A DNA stretch of 64,000 bases from an uncultured virus (IMG/VR IMGVR_UViG_3300020379_000824) (IMGVR_UViG_3300020379_000824:1-64000), one strand, 5' to 3'. Shown: positions 26,201 to 36,963, counted from the first letter of the stretch. Numbers and translations: made by a program. The notes: generated by a model not told the origin, from the letters alone.

Positions 26201-29200
26201 TATATTTCTCCTGTGTTCTTGACACGCAATGGAATGTAAATAAACTCAATCGCCTTAATCGGTTCGATAGCAATGTCAACATAAAGTTCATTTCTGTCAA
26301 CTCTTGCTGGCGTGTTGTTAGTTTCATCACACACAACTGCAAAGTCGTATAAAGCTCTTAAGCCTACAAGCTCGAGTAATAATGACTCAACTGCTTGTTT
26401 AACTTCGTCCCTCGTGATCTTATCATTTGGTTCAAAGATATATGGTCTTGCAAGTTTATTAAGTTGTGATCTTAAGTACACAACTAAACGTGCTACGTTA
26501 ATTCTATCTAAAGCACTTGCATTTCTTGCTCTAGTTTTTTGACCGTAGTTTACAAGTCCTACACCGTTAAAGAATGTAATTGGATTAATTTTTAATCCGT
26601 ACAGTGTATCTCTTTGACCTTCATTAAGTGCAACTGTTTGGAATTCGCCTGTTGCTGAATCAATATATCCTACTGATGTAGCGTTGCTAATTCCACCACG
26701 TCTTGTTCCTGCTGGAGCAAACCATGGAAACGATACTTGGTCACTTAGTGCAATAGTTCTCATCATCATGTGTGATGCTGGAACAACTGCGTTTGCGCCA
26801 CCTAAGTCAGTTGTAAATCCATTTGGATAAAACGCACCTAAGTATTCATCGTATGTTACAAGTCCGTTGTCGTTATTGTCAACAACTAATGCACTGTTTG
26901 ATCCGTATGCTAACAATGAAGTTGCATCTGCTGCTAATCTTAATGGTGTGTCACCAATAACAAATGCTGTTAAGCCTCTGTCAATGTTTAAGTTAACAAG
27001 ATTGCTCATTGTTTCTGTGTATCCAGGACATGAAATTAAGTTAAAGTTTCTTGTTTCTTCATCTCTAATTTCTGAGCTTGTATCAATTGCTGATTTAAGT
27101 GCTTGTACAACTACCATACGCTGTGCATGTCTACCAAATGATCCGCTACCATCTTCTTGGTTGCCTGATTGTGTTGACCATCTGTCTGTAGCATAACTTG
27201 TCATTGCTTCGTCGCCAAAGCGTGTGTTATCAGCTGTTAAGTCAATATAGTTGTTGTTGTACTTCTTAACGTTACCGCCACTTCTACGTAAGTTCCATAG
27301 CAACATTCCTTTTGGATATAGTGCTGGATCTGGAGCATCTGGATCTAAGTAGTTGTTAGTTAGTAAGTCTTTAATAGTTGCTGCTGTGTTACCAGTAGAA
27401 CCTGCTAGACCGTAACGTGCATCTGCAAACAATACGCCGTCTTCTGTTGTTTGATCTGTTTTATCAACAAGTACCCATGCTAGGTTATTACCGTCCCATC
27501 TGTAAATTGTTGGGAAGTCTTCTAAACTTGCAGTTGAAATCCAAAGGTCTCCATCTACTAGTGCAGTACCATCGCTTTGACCTGATGATGCTTTTGGCTC
27601 AGTTGCTGAAACAATTGGTCCATCTGGTGAACAGTTAGCGTATCCTGAACTAAAGTTATGGTAACCTACCCAAGTAGTACCATTGTGGATCATCATGTCA
27701 ACATCACTAAACTCTGGATTGTACCAAAGTTGTCCATCTGCTGGTTCAGCTAATGGAGCGTTACTTGATGCTGCAAAATCATCTGCTGCTAAAGGCTTCC
27801 AGTTAGAAGCAACATAGTTTTCACTTGCGCCTGCTGGTGCAGTGTAAAAGTTTGCTGTTCCTAAACCTGTGTTAATATTGAATACAGTAAATGCAGCACC
27901 TACTGGAGTATTAGTTCCGTCAGTAATTCTAAAATCACCGCCTAATTTGTGCATAATTTCTACTGTGTTTGAACTTGTTACTGCTGCTTCAATGTTAGTA
28001 AAGCCTGCGCTGTTAATAGCACCTGCCATTAATTCTGCATCTGCTGCATTACCTGCTGCTGTAAAGTTCACTGCTATACCAGCTGCTAATGCTCCAGAAG
28101 TTTTAACACTTTCTGCAATTGTAAATGTGTTTCCACCTACAGTAAATGTACTTGCGTCTACTACTGCTGAAGTAATTTTTGTTACTCCAGTTGCAGCTCT
28201 TCTAAACACTCTGAAAGAAGCAGTCATTGGACTTTCGTCATATCCGCTATTTTCTTCTGCGTTAGTTTGTACATATAAACTATCTGTTGGAATGTTAACA
28301 CCACCGCCTGCTCTATCTAATGTATAAAGTGCAGATGAGTTGTTAGCATATAATGGTGCAGTATATGATACCCATGAAAGAGTAGCTGCTGACCACTTAC
28401 TTGCTCTCCAACGTGCGCCGTTGTTTGGCTCAGTTGTTTTAACCCATACACTTCCTGTTGGACGTGGTGTTGAGTCACCAGTTTTAAATTCTGGAACACT
28501 TGTATGTGGTGCAATGTGTAGTTCTGGTCCGTAGTATGTTCCTTTTGCAACACCTAAGTCTGCAAAAGTAACTTGTGGGCTACTTAAACCGTCATCAATA
28601 ATAATAGCATTTGACTTGGATGAATCACCTACACCGTCATCTAAACTACCATCTGAATAAAGATAAAGTCTACCGCTTACATTTCTTGCAACAATTCCTT
28701 GTGTTTCTGTAATAGCACCGTTAATAGCTGTTACCAAGTCATCTAATGTGCCAGTTATTTGGAAATTTGTTCCGTTAATAGTAAAGTTTCCTGAACTTGC
28801 TGTCATTGCAGTACCAATAATTGTTGGATGGCTAGCTGTCCAATCATTGCTACCTACTTTAACCCAAGAACCTTGTGTTACAGTTGAACCGTTACCTGCG
28901 GATTTATACCACATAGTTGCATTTTCTTTACTTGCACTAAATGAACCGCTTCCGTCAACTGTTTCAAATACTACTGCGTAGTCGCCAATAGCACCAACGG
29001 ATGTTTTAGGTGCACCATTATCAATTTTTGATGCATCATCGTCTGTTAAAACGATAGGTGTTTTAGAAGCAAACTTCTGACCACCTGTTGTGGTAACTGC
29101 TGCTCCGTTCCACTCTTGAATTCCAAAAGCACTTGAACCGCTGTTGATCCACCACTTTCCGTCTGCTGGATTCGCTCCCGGAGCAGTTGTAGAACCTTCT

Positions 29201-29556
29201 AATTCGTCTAAGTCAACATCTGCACGTACAACAAAAGCTGAATTTGAAACGCCTAATAATGAATATGCTGAAAGCAATCCATATTCGTTTAATTCGCTTC
29301 CGTGTATCGGAGTGTTGCTCGCTGTCTTTTTGAATGTTGGTACACCAAAAAGATCTACTAATTCTTTCTGTGAGGTAACTTTGTACGCTTTACCTGCGTT
29401 AGCTTTTAGCGTTCCAGCTGCTGTAGCCGTTCCCGCTGCGTTTAATTTATCTTGCGATGAAGCAATAACAATTAGAGGAGTTGTACCAGGCTCTGCTGGG
29501 GTATAAAACGACTCGTCTATTACTGTTACTTCTACGCCTGGTGATGTTAATGCCAT
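26200..29556 (-). CDS. gp18: contractile tail sheath protein, enlarged
   Basis: SPGVEVTVIDES, PWFAPAGTRRG, INPI, DRINVARL, FEPND, CDETNNT, EFIYIP. Confidence 0.95.
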   Translation of the reverse strand: MALTSPGVEVTVIDESFYTPAEPGTTPLIVIASSQDKLNAAGTATAAGTLKANAGKAYKVTSQKELVDLFGVPTFKKTASNTPIHGSELNEYGLLSAYSLLGVSNSAFVVRADVDLDELEGSTTAPGANPADGKWWINSGSSAFGIQEWNGAAVTTTGGQKFASKTPIVLTDDDASKIDNGAPKTSVGAIGDYAVVFETVDGSGSFSASKENATMWYKSAGNGSTVTQGSWVKVGSNDWTASHPTIIGTAMTASSGNFTINGTNFQITGTLDDLVTAINGAITETQGIVARNVSGRLYLYSDGSLDDGVGDSSKSNAIIIDDGLSSPQVTFADLGVAKGTYYGPELHIAPHTSVPEFKTGDSTPRPTGSVWVKTTEPNNGARWRASKWSAATLSWVSYTAPLYANNSSALYTLDRAGGGVNIPTDSLYVQTNAEENSGYDESPMTASFRVFRRAATGVTKITSAVVDASTFTVGGNTFTIAESVKTSGALAAGIAVNFTAAGNAADAELMAGAINSAGFTNIEAAVTSSNTVEIMHKLGGDFRITDGTNTPVGAAFTVFNINTGLGTANFYTAPAGASENYVASNWKPLAADDFAASSNAPLAEPADGQLWYNPEFSDVDMMIHNGTTWVGYHNFSSGYANCSPDGPIVSATEPKASSGQSDGTALVDGDLWISTASLEDFPTIYRWDGNNLAWVLVDKTDQTTEDGVLFADARYGLAGSTGNTAATIKDLLTNNYLDPDAPDPALYPKGMLLWNLRRSGGNVKKYNNNYIDLTADNTRFGDEAMTSYATDRWSTQSGNQEDGSGSFGRHAQRMVVVQALKSAIDTSSEIRDEETRNFNLISCPGYTETMSNLVNLNIDRGLTAFVIGDTPLRLAADATSLLAYGSNSALVVDNNDNGLVTYDEYLGAFYPNGFTTDLGGANAVVPASHMMMRTIALSDQVSFPWFAPAGTRRGGISNATSVGYIDSATGEFQTVALNEGQRDTLYGLKINPITFFNGVGLVNYGQKTRARNASALDRINVARLVVYLRSQLNKLARPYIFEPNDKITRDEVKQAVESLLLELVGLRALYDFAVVCDETNNTPARVDRNELYVDIAIEPIKAIEFIYIPLRVKNTGEI

Positions 29557-29687
29557 CTTTTTATCTCCTGGTAATATTTTCGTATCAGTCTATTACGTAA
29601 ACTTGTTGCAATTGTATTTAGCACATCTTATAAAATTTACCCGGTTTAACCATTAGAAAAAGGGGTTGAAAAGGTGTAAATACTAGC

Positions 29688-30023
29688 ATGAGACCTCTTT
29701 GTAAGTGCGGATTACGGCCACGTGCTGTTAACTATAAGAAAGGTAAGCGTACCTACTATAGGAGTCTGTGTGAAGTTTGTAATAATCACGGACAATACAC
29801 AGGTGTACCTAGATGGGCTCGTGCTGGATATAAACAAAAGTCAGCATGTGATAAATGTGGATTTAAGTCACCACATCCTGAAGTATTTAGAGTACTTCAT
29901 TTAGATGGAAACTTAGATAACTGTAGGCACAGCAATCTAAAGACAGTGTGTGCTAACTGTATTTCTGTGCTTTCTAAAGAAGGTATTAAATGGAAACAGG
30001 GCGACTTAACTGCTGACTACTAG
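29688..30023 (+). CDS. small Cys-rich HNH-like / zinc-finger protein
   Basis: CKC, CEVC, CDKC, HLDGNLDN...NLKTVCANC; late box 5 nt upstream. Confidence 0.7.
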   Translation: MRPLCKCGLRPRAVNYKKGKRTYYRSLCEVCNNHGQYTGVPRWARAGYKQKSACDKCGFKSPHPEVFRVLHLDGNLDNCRHSNLKTVCANCISVLSKEGIKWKQGDLTADY

Positions 30024-30626
30024 AGCTTTTACTTCGTTATATAAGTCGTCAATTTTCATATCATTGTGAATAGTATGGTCAAATTTAGTACCTACCCAAG
30101 CCCATTCTGAAGCATGTACTTTCTGTACTTTTAGATCATTAATTGCTATATTACTACCTGCATTTGCTTCAAGTGCTGTGTCATACCATTTAGGCAAACG
30201 TCCACGTTGTACCCATATCATCTTACCATTTTGATTCTTAATTGCTTTTACTTCATTAGGAAAACGTACATCACTTACAATAATATCATCTTTAGAATTA
30301 CGTATTTTGTTCTCTAAACTAGCAATCCAAATATCATCATGAAAGCTCTTACGGCACACTTCAGTACCCCAATATTGCAATACCCACCTTGGTGTTAATG
30401 TTGGCATTCCAAGTCTTTCTGCCCACCAAGGATCTACTTCTTCACGCCATTCACGTGCTTCTTTTGTTCTTCCTTCAAGTAAAGTTCGGTCCCATCCAAA
30501 CACTGCTGCAACTGCATCTTTTAATGTATCAGCAAAACTTTCTCTTCTAAATTCGTGAAAGTTTACTAGATAATCAGCGACAGTGTCTTTGCCGCTACCG
30601 ATAAAACCACATACACCAATAATCAC
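30006..30626 (-). CDS. deoxynucleoside monophosphate kinase (T4 gp1-like)
   Basis: GFIGSGKDT, SFADTLK, TPRWVLQYWGTE, SDVRFPNE, HASE. Confidence 0.92.
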   Translation of the reverse strand: MIIGVCGFIGSGKDTVADYLVNFHEFRRESFADTLKDAVAAVFGWDRTLLEGRTKEAREWREEVDPWWAERLGMPTLTPRWVLQYWGTEVCRKSFHDDIWIASLENKIRNSKDDIIVSDVRFPNEVKAIKNQNGKMIWVQRGRLPKWYDTALEANAGSNIAINDLKVQKVHASEWAWVGTKFDHTIHNDMKIDDLYNEVKALVVSS

Positions 30627-30656
30627 AAATATACTCTCCTAGTTAATATACTTTAC

Positions 30657-30685
30657 AGTATACTAGGATAGACAGTGAATGTCAA
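30657..30685 (-). promoter_or_regulatory. sigma70 promoter for the dNMP kinase
   Basis: TTGACA(30685-80)-17 bp-TATACT(30662-57); AGGAG RBS downstream. Confidence 0.85.
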
Positions 30686-30690
30686 GTATT

Positions 30691-30993
30691 TTATTTGAAT
30701 TTATTAAGTCTTCTTACCAAACGAGTTGCTGTATTGATATTTTTGGTACGTGACTGACGTCTAGCCTGTTGAGGGCCAGTTCTAGCACGAGTAGTTTTCA
30801 TACGTTGTGCTTGTGCAATGTTAGGATGATCCCAACATTTGGACGGGTGTGATACCTGTCTGCTTTTGCGTGGGCCTGATGGACAACGGAACTTCATTTT
30901 AACTGTTCCGCCTCTTGCAGTAGACTTACCTCTGCCCCAAACCATACCGTCGTATAGTTCTTCGCCTTCCCACATAAATTCTTCTGCTTTCAT
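30691..30993 (-). CDS. small very basic protein
   Basis: Start MKAEEFMWEG (TAATG overlap with the gp13 stop); Arg/Lys-rich remainder. Confidence 0.65.
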   Translation of the reverse strand: MKAEEFMWEGEELYDGMVWGRGKSTARGGTVKMKFRCPSGPRKSRQVSHPSKCWDHPNIAQAQRMKTTRARTGPQQARRQSRTKNINTATRLVRRLNKFK

Positions 30994-31751
30994 TATCCTA
31001 TAACCCAACTATAACCGTGACCACCCGGAACTTGAGTTGTAAGTTCCATTGTTAGTCTTTCTAAATCTGCTGTACCTTCTGCTTTTAACGATGGTCCGTT
31101 TAGAGCTGTACCGCCCTGTGGACCTGCAATACTTGCAAATTTCTCTCTTGCTTGTCCTAACATTACTTTACAGTTTGCTAGTGTATAATCTTTAATCCAT
31201 TGCCCTGCATATACATCTTGTAAAATTGTATAGTCAGGCTTTTCATTATATGCCCAAAGAAGTACTTGTTCTTCTCCTCTTGGACGCTGCATAATAATTA
31301 ACTTTTTACTTTGAGGATTCCAAGTAAAATTGATAAACGATCCAAACATCTTTCCAACAAGTTCTTGATACTGTGCAAATAATTCATAAGTTGCAAGTCC
31401 GCCCATGTTAGTTGAGCTTAACAAATATGTATTAGTGTATGCTAAGTTGAAAGGTTCAAACACTGTACCGCCTGTACCGTTACCTGTTCTACTACCAACA
31501 CTTCTTCTATATATCTGCCTTACTTGCTGTATTTCATGTGGCAAAATATATTCGTTTTTATCTTTTTCTAGCGTAAGTGTTATGTAACTTTCTTCAACGG
31601 CATTGTCGCTTCGCTGTCGAAAAACACCTAAAGCACGTTTTAGTCCTGTATCATAGTGAATAGGATCTAGCTCGACATCGATCATTCCATCGCCTAGCAT
31701 TGCTTTACAATAGTCGAATACTTCTTGTTTTGCTGTTTCTATTTGGCTCAT
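30993..31751 (-). CDS. gp13: neck protein gp13-like
   Basis: MLGDGMIDVEL, WIKDYTLA..K..LG....KF....GPQGG..LNG; start MSQIET set by the late box. Confidence 0.85.
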   Translation of the reverse strand: MSQIETAKQEVFDYCKAMLGDGMIDVELDPIHYDTGLKRALGVFRQRSDNAVEESYITLTLEKDKNEYILPHEIQQVRQIYRRSVGSRTGNGTGGTVFEPFNLAYTNTYLLSSTNMGGLATYELFAQYQELVGKMFGSFINFTWNPQSKKLIIMQRPRGEEQVLLWAYNEKPDYTILQDVYAGQWIKDYTLANCKVMLGQAREKFASIAGPQGGTALNGPSLKAEGTADLERLTMELTTQVPGGHGYSWVIG

Positions 31752-31795
31752 ATAAGTATTTATGCCTTTCGCAACTTTAGGTAAATAGTTATACG

Positions 31796-33175
31796 ATGCC
31801 AAGACTCAGTTTATATAGACCCGAAAAAGGGAACGATTACAAATTTCAAGATAAAACCGTTTGGGAAATGTTCCAAGTGGGCGGTACCGATGTATTAGTA
31901 CACAAGTACATAGGCCCAGGAAATTCACAGGAAAACACACCATCAACACCAACATATAGTACAGATGATCCTACAAATATTCAGGATATGCTGTTCTTAG
32001 AAAATAGAGATCGCAAGTATGATCCAGATGTTTACAGATTACGTGGTGTATATAATGTACAAGACATTGATTTTAATCTAAGTCAGTTTGGCTTATTTCT
32101 ACAAAATGATACAGTGTTTATTACATTTCATATTAATGATACTGTCGAAAAACTAGGTAGAAAAATTATGTCAGGCGATGTTATTGAATTGCCTCACTTA
32201 GATGACGAACATGCTCTTAATGATTTAAATTATGCACTAAAACGTTTTTATGTAATTGAAGATGTTAATCGTGCAGCAGAAGGATTTTCAAATACATGGT
32301 ATCCACACTTGTACAGAGCAAAGTGTAAACCATTAGTAGATTCACAAGAATTCAAACAAATTTTAGATGGTATAGCAGACCAAGAAGCACTAAAAGGTAC
32401 TTGGAATGCTGAGTCAACTTACTTCCCAGGAGATATAGTTATTGCTCCTAATGGTGAAAAGTATCAAGTTATATCAGAAGTTACAGGTGTTGAACCACCT
32501 AACTCAACTTATTACAAACTTGCAGATACACTCAAAGATATTATGAGTACGTATGAAAAAGAAATGCAAGTTACACAAGCGGTACTTGATCAAGCTGAAG
32601 CAGATTCACCAGAGTCAGGTTATGACACTAGTAGATTTTATACTATGCAAACTGACAATCAAGGTAACACAGAACTTGTTACAGCTGACAGTGATGACTT
32701 ACTAATTCCTAGTACAGACAAAGATGGTAATACATTACTTGATGACAAAGGTAACGAAGTTTATATGTCTGTTACTGCTGACACTGCATACCAAACACCA
32801 GAAGGTAATGCATATAAAGGTTATCTAATTGGTGACGGGTTACCAGAAAATGGTGCACCGTTTACACAAGGTATAGCATTTCCTCTCAATCCTATTGAAG
32901 GACAATTTCACTTACGTACTGATTACAAACCTACACGCTTGTTTAGATTTGACGGAATACGTTGGAGAAAAACTGAAGATGATGTAAGAATGACAAGAAG
33001 TAACTTAGGTCCAAGTCAAGTAGGTGCAGGTAAAGATTTTGCTGGACACGATCCTGCAATAAGTAAAGGTAAGGATTCATTTATTAACAACACAACAGTT
33101 AATAATATAGGTGGTAAACAAATTGAAGAGAAACAGAGTTTGAGTAAAGCTCTTAGACCCAAGGCAGACGATTAA
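31796..33175 (+). CDS. gp14: neck protein gp14-like (extended)
   Basis: FNLSQFGLFLQNDT, GDVIELPHL; divergent from gp13 and upstream of the gp15-like gene. Confidence 0.7.
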   Translation: MPRLSLYRPEKGNDYKFQDKTVWEMFQVGGTDVLVHKYIGPGNSQENTPSTPTYSTDDPTNIQDMLFLENRDRKYDPDVYRLRGVYNVQDIDFNLSQFGLFLQNDTVFITFHINDTVEKLGRKIMSGDVIELPHLDDEHALNDLNYALKRFYVIEDVNRAAEGFSNTWYPHLYRAKCKPLVDSQEFKQILDGIADQEALKGTWNAESTYFPGDIVIAPNGEKYQVISEVTGVEPPNSTYYKLADTLKDIMSTYEKEMQVTQAVLDQAEADSPESGYDTSRFYTMQTDNQGNTELVTADSDDLLIPSTDKDGNTLLDDKGNEVYMSVTADTAYQTPEGNAYKGYLIGDGLPENGAPFTQGIAFPLNPIEGQFHLRTDYKPTRLFRFDGIRWRKTEDDVRMTRSNLGPSQVGAGKDFAGHDPAISKGKDSFINNTTVNNIGGKQIEEKQSLSKALRPKADD

Positions 33176-34671
33176 TGGATTTCTTTTACGACGGACAAAT
33201 AAGAAGATACGTAACTCAGTTTATGAGAGCTTTCATAGGCTTTAAATATGAAGCAGGTGATAAAACTCAGCAAACAATTCCTGTTATGTATGGTGATCTT
33301 ACAAGACAGGTTGCTTCAATTATCAGAGAAAATTCTGAGAACAAGTTACCTACTGTTCCTCGTATGTCTTGTTACATTTCAGGATTGCAAATTGATAGAG
33401 ATCGTTTAACTGATCCTTCATTTGTTAGTAAAATGAGTGTAAGAGAAAGAGACTTTACATTTGACGAAAGCACAGGTGAGCCTAACTACACAGGCGCACA
33501 AGGTAACGCATACACTGTTGAAAGACTTATGCCTACTCCTTTTATCTTAACAATGAAAGCAGATATTTGGACTTCTAATACAGATCAAAAATTACAAATA
33601 CTAGAACAAATATTAGTGTTGTTTAATCCATCTATGGCTATTCAAACAACAGACAACTATATTGACTGGACCAGTTTAAGTGTAATTAATTTAGAATCAA
33701 CTAACTTTACATCACGTAACGTGCCTACAGGAGTTGACGACGACATTGATGTATGCACACTAGAATTTACAATGCCAATATACATTTCTCCGCCAACTAA
33801 AGTTAAAAAACTTGGAGTTGTTAGAAGTGTTATTGCAAACATATTTACAGAGACTGGTGATGTAGCAAATTTAAATGACTTAGTTTATGATGCTACAACA
33901 GCACAATCTACTCAATACATGAATGCACGTTACGGTGTGTTATTGTTTAAATCAAACAACAATCAACCATTCGATTATGACTTAACTATTGTAGACGATG
34001 ATGAAGCAGTAAATGCTTTAGGAATTGATGTTAAAGAACAAAAAAGTAAAACTACAGAAATTGATTGGAATGCTGTGTTAGATAGATTAGGCGGATTTAA
34101 AGCAGGAGCAAGAATATACTTTAGACAGCCTACAGGATTTGAAATGGTTGGATCGTATGCTGTTAATCCTTCTAACCCTAAAGTATTGTTAATAACATTT
34201 GATCAAGATACTATTCCAACTAATACTACTATTGCTTCAACTGTAAATGGCGTTGCTGCCCGTGCTACTGTTGATGCTATTATTGATCCTTACAAGTTTA
34301 ATCCTATTGAGAAATGGGGAAGTTATACAGCAATACCACTAGGTACACGATATCTAGTTCTTGATAATATTAACGATAGTGATAACGTTGGACAAAGTTA
34401 TAGAGAAACTCCATACAATGAAGCGTATGATGGTCCTGATGCATGGAAAGGAACAACAGGTGAAGACCCTATTATTGTAGCCAATGCTATTATTGAATGG
34501 AATGGTACAAACTGGGTTACATTAGCTGATCCAAACACACTAGCAAATCCAACATATTTCCAAAATTTAAAAACAGGCATCCAATATAAATGGACGGGTA
34601 CTGAATGGCTTAAATCATTCGAAGGTGAATACTCGCCAGGTTATTGGAGAATTGACCCTAACCCAGCATAA
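33175..34671 (+). CDS. gp15: tail sheath stabiliser / tail terminator gp15-like (extended)
   Basis: FFYDGQIRRY, IPVMYG, VPRMS, PTPF, QILEQILVLFNP. Confidence 0.8.
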   Translation: MDFFYDGQIRRYVTQFMRAFIGFKYEAGDKTQQTIPVMYGDLTRQVASIIRENSENKLPTVPRMSCYISGLQIDRDRLTDPSFVSKMSVRERDFTFDESTGEPNYTGAQGNAYTVERLMPTPFILTMKADIWTSNTDQKLQILEQILVLFNPSMAIQTTDNYIDWTSLSVINLESTNFTSRNVPTGVDDDIDVCTLEFTMPIYISPPTKVKKLGVVRSVIANIFTETGDVANLNDLVYDATTAQSTQYMNARYGVLLFKSNNNQPFDYDLTIVDDDEAVNALGIDVKEQKSKTTEIDWNAVLDRLGGFKAGARIYFRQPTGFEMVGSYAVNPSNPKVLLITFDQDTIPTNTTIASTVNGVAARATVDAIIDPYKFNPIEKWGSYTAIPLGTRYLVLDNINDSDNVGQSYRETPYNEAYDGPDAWKGTTGEDPIIVANAIIEWNGTNWVTLADPNTLANPTYFQNLKTGIQYKWTGTEWLKSFEGEYSPGYWRIDPNPA

Positions 34672-34679
34672 GTATTTTA

Positions 34680-35069
34680 ATGCAAAAGAGAGCAGGAATA
34701 CTATATCTGTCAACAGACACTCAACGAATACTACTAATCTTAGAGAATGAAAAGTGGTCTGTTCCTACGTTTGCAAGAAAAACTTCTGTAATTGATGACA
34801 GTTTAGAATTACAAGAAGATTTTTCTAAAGGTAAAATTGTTCCTATTGAATTGTATTTGAGCCAAGATAAAGGTTTTGAATACGGAACTTATATTTGTTT
34901 AGTAAAGAAAGAATTTTTAACTACAAAAGCAAATACAATGAGTTGGTGTGATTTAAATTACTTGCCCAAGAATTTACATACTGGACTTAGAAACACATTA
35001 AATAATAATCTAATAAGAACAAAAATAGAAACTATTTTGGAGTTACACAAAGATGCTAATACTATCTGA
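34680..35069 (+). CDS. hypothetical protein, possibly a degenerate NUDIX fold
   Basis: RAGILYLS..T.RILLIL...W and P..LH.GL patterns, but no intact Nudix box. Confidence 0.45.
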   Translation: MQKRAGILYLSTDTQRILLILENEKWSVPTFARKTSVIDDSLELQEDFSKGKIVPIELYLSQDKGFEYGTYICLVKKEFLTTKANTMSWCDLNYLPKNLHTGLRNTLNNNLIRTKIETILELHKDANTI

Positions 35070-35316
35070 AGAACCTAGATTTCAAAAAGACGTTAGAGAT
35101 TTTCATGAAAGAATTCAAAACGTACTCGACGAAGCAGAGAAAGCGCAATGCAACGGACTGCTTGAAAAACTTATTAATGTAGTAAAAAAATTAGATGAAG
35201 TTCATGCAAACCTTGCATATGATGCAAAGGCTATGACACAAGCAACAGAACAACGTCAGGACATTGCTGTTGTTAGAAAAATGCTTGATAAAAGATTGAA
35301 AGATCTTAAATGCTAG
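35053..35316 (+). CDS. small helical hypothetical protein
   Basis: 87-aa ORF with GGAG RBS, converges on the fibre gene. Confidence 0.6.
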   Translation: MLILSEEPRFQKDVRDFHERIQNVLDEAEKAQCNGLLEKLINVVKKLDEVHANLAYDAKAMTQATEQRQDIAVVRKMLDKRLKDLKC

Positions 35317-36941
35317 ATTGAACCAAAACTCTTAATATTAATTGAACCTACCATAGCAGCGTGGCTAGTACACTGATATCTGTAACCACCTGATATTCCT
35401 TCAGGAACTTTCCAATATAATATTCCACCAGTTCTTGCATTTGCACTAGAACCTGTAGTTACTGTTCCAGTATCTGTTACATGTACTAGTCCTGTATCGT
35501 ATGCTGAACCTGCTGCGTTTTGAATTTGGAATGGATGACTTGATGAAACACCCTGTAAGTTAAATGCAATAGTTGTTCCGCTAATTGCATAAATTGTAGG
35601 ATTGCCCCCAGAATATTGATCAAAACTATATGACGAAGTACCTGAGTGTCCAACAACCAATTGTGTAATTGCTGGCAAGTAAACATCTGAAACTTTTAAT
35701 CCTGCTGATGTTACATCACCTAAGTCGTCAAAGTCAGTTGCTCCGCCACCTGATGCTGTAATAGTAACACTATCGCCACTTGCGTTTGTTGTAAGTGTAA
35801 TGTTTGTACCGGCTGTAAGTGTTAGTGTGTCAGTTGGGTTGTCTGCTACAACATCACTTTGTCCTGCTACCATAATAGTAGAGAACGCATTTTGGTTTAC
35901 ATCTCCACCACCGCCGGATGCTGAAGGTGCCCAGTTACTGCCGTTCCAAGAAAGTACTTGTCCGCTTGTTGGTGCAGCAGTTGTTGTGTCAACATCACTT
36001 AGTGCATCAATAGACAATGAACCAATTCCTGTAATGTATCCTGCACCGTTAATTAACTGATTGTTATTTGATGGAATACTTGGTGTACCTGTAAGTGAGC
36101 TATATGCTCCATCGAAAGCATCTGTAATTCCGTAACCTGCAATTGTAGTTGGTTTACTTGTTATGTCAGTAAATGCTACACTTGTTAAGAAACTTGTAAG
36201 ATTAGGTGGTGTGTAAGTAAACACACCTGTTGAATCATCATATGCAAGTCCACCGTTACCCGATGCTGTTGCATTAGCACCAACGCTTAAGGCTGTAAGT
36301 GCTAATAAACTAGGTTTGTTACTTAGGTTATTATAATTTAAAAAGTATGAACTGTCAAAACCATCTAGTGTATCTGCATCAGTACCTGCGCCACCTGTTG
36401 TACTATCAACACCTGGCACCCAAGATGTACCGTTCCACTTTAGAACTTGTCCTGTTGTTGGTACTGTTGTTGTAGTATCTACATCTGATAAAAAATCAAT
36501 TGAAAAAGGAATCATATCAAGCGTTACTTTATCTAATGCTGCATCACCTACTGATTGAATATTTGTTCCACCTGTAAGTGTTAATGTATCTGTTGAAGCA
36601 TCTGCTACAACATCTGCACCTGTATCAGTTGAAATAGTTGAAAATATATTTCCGCCTGCTCCGCCGCCGCTTGATGTTAGTGTAACTGTATCTGTACTAG
36701 CATTTGTAGTGATAGACATTCCTGCACCAGCAACTAGTGTTAGTGTATCTGCTCCACTATCTGCTGAAACGTTATCTTGTCCTGATACTGCAATAGTAGC
36801 AAATGATAGGCTTGAACCACCGCCTCCACCGCCTCCACCAGAGATAACGATATCCCAAGTTGTACCGTTCCATTGCCATGTAACGCCACCGCTTGTATAT
36901 TGGTCTCCTACTAAAGGACTGTTTGGAAATGCTAGTGCCAT
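35313..36941 (-). CDS. fibre-like virion protein with internal repeats and a C-terminal cupredoxin-like domain
   Basis: Gly/Thr/Ser-rich; three F.TI...V.AD...DTLTL repeats; LSDVD...GQVL.WNG repeats; C-terminal HPF...YQCTSHAAMVG. Confidence 0.75.
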   Translation of the reverse strand: MALAFPNSPLVGDQYTSGGVTWQWNGTTWDIVISGGGGGGGGSSLSFATIAVSGQDNVSADSGADTLTLVAGAGMSITTNASTDTVTLTSSGGGAGGNIFSTISTDTGADVVADASTDTLTLTGGTNIQSVGDAALDKVTLDMIPFSIDFLSDVDTTTTVPTTGQVLKWNGTSWVPGVDSTTGGAGTDADTLDGFDSSYFLNYNNLSNKPSLLALTALSVGANATASGNGGLAYDDSTGVFTYTPPNLTSFLTSVAFTDITSKPTTIAGYGITDAFDGAYSSLTGTPSIPSNNNQLINGAGYITGIGSLSIDALSDVDTTTAAPTSGQVLSWNGSNWAPSASGGGGDVNQNAFSTIMVAGQSDVVADNPTDTLTLTAGTNITLTTNASGDSVTITASGGGATDFDDLGDVTSAGLKVSDVYLPAITQLVVGHSGTSSYSFDQYSGGNPTIYAISGTTIAFNLQGVSSSHPFQIQNAAGSAYDTGLVHVTDTGTVTTGSSANARTGGILYWKVPEGISGGYRYQCTSHAAMVGSINIKSFGSI

Positions 36942-36963
36942 AATATTTGTTCCTCTACTGTAT

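Noticed and set aside
29688..30023. Mobile homing endonuclease
   Set aside because: Only 111 aa, the HNH motif is incomplete, no DNA-binding extension is visible, and it has the resident late-promoter architecture. It is more likely a domesticated Zn-finger gene.
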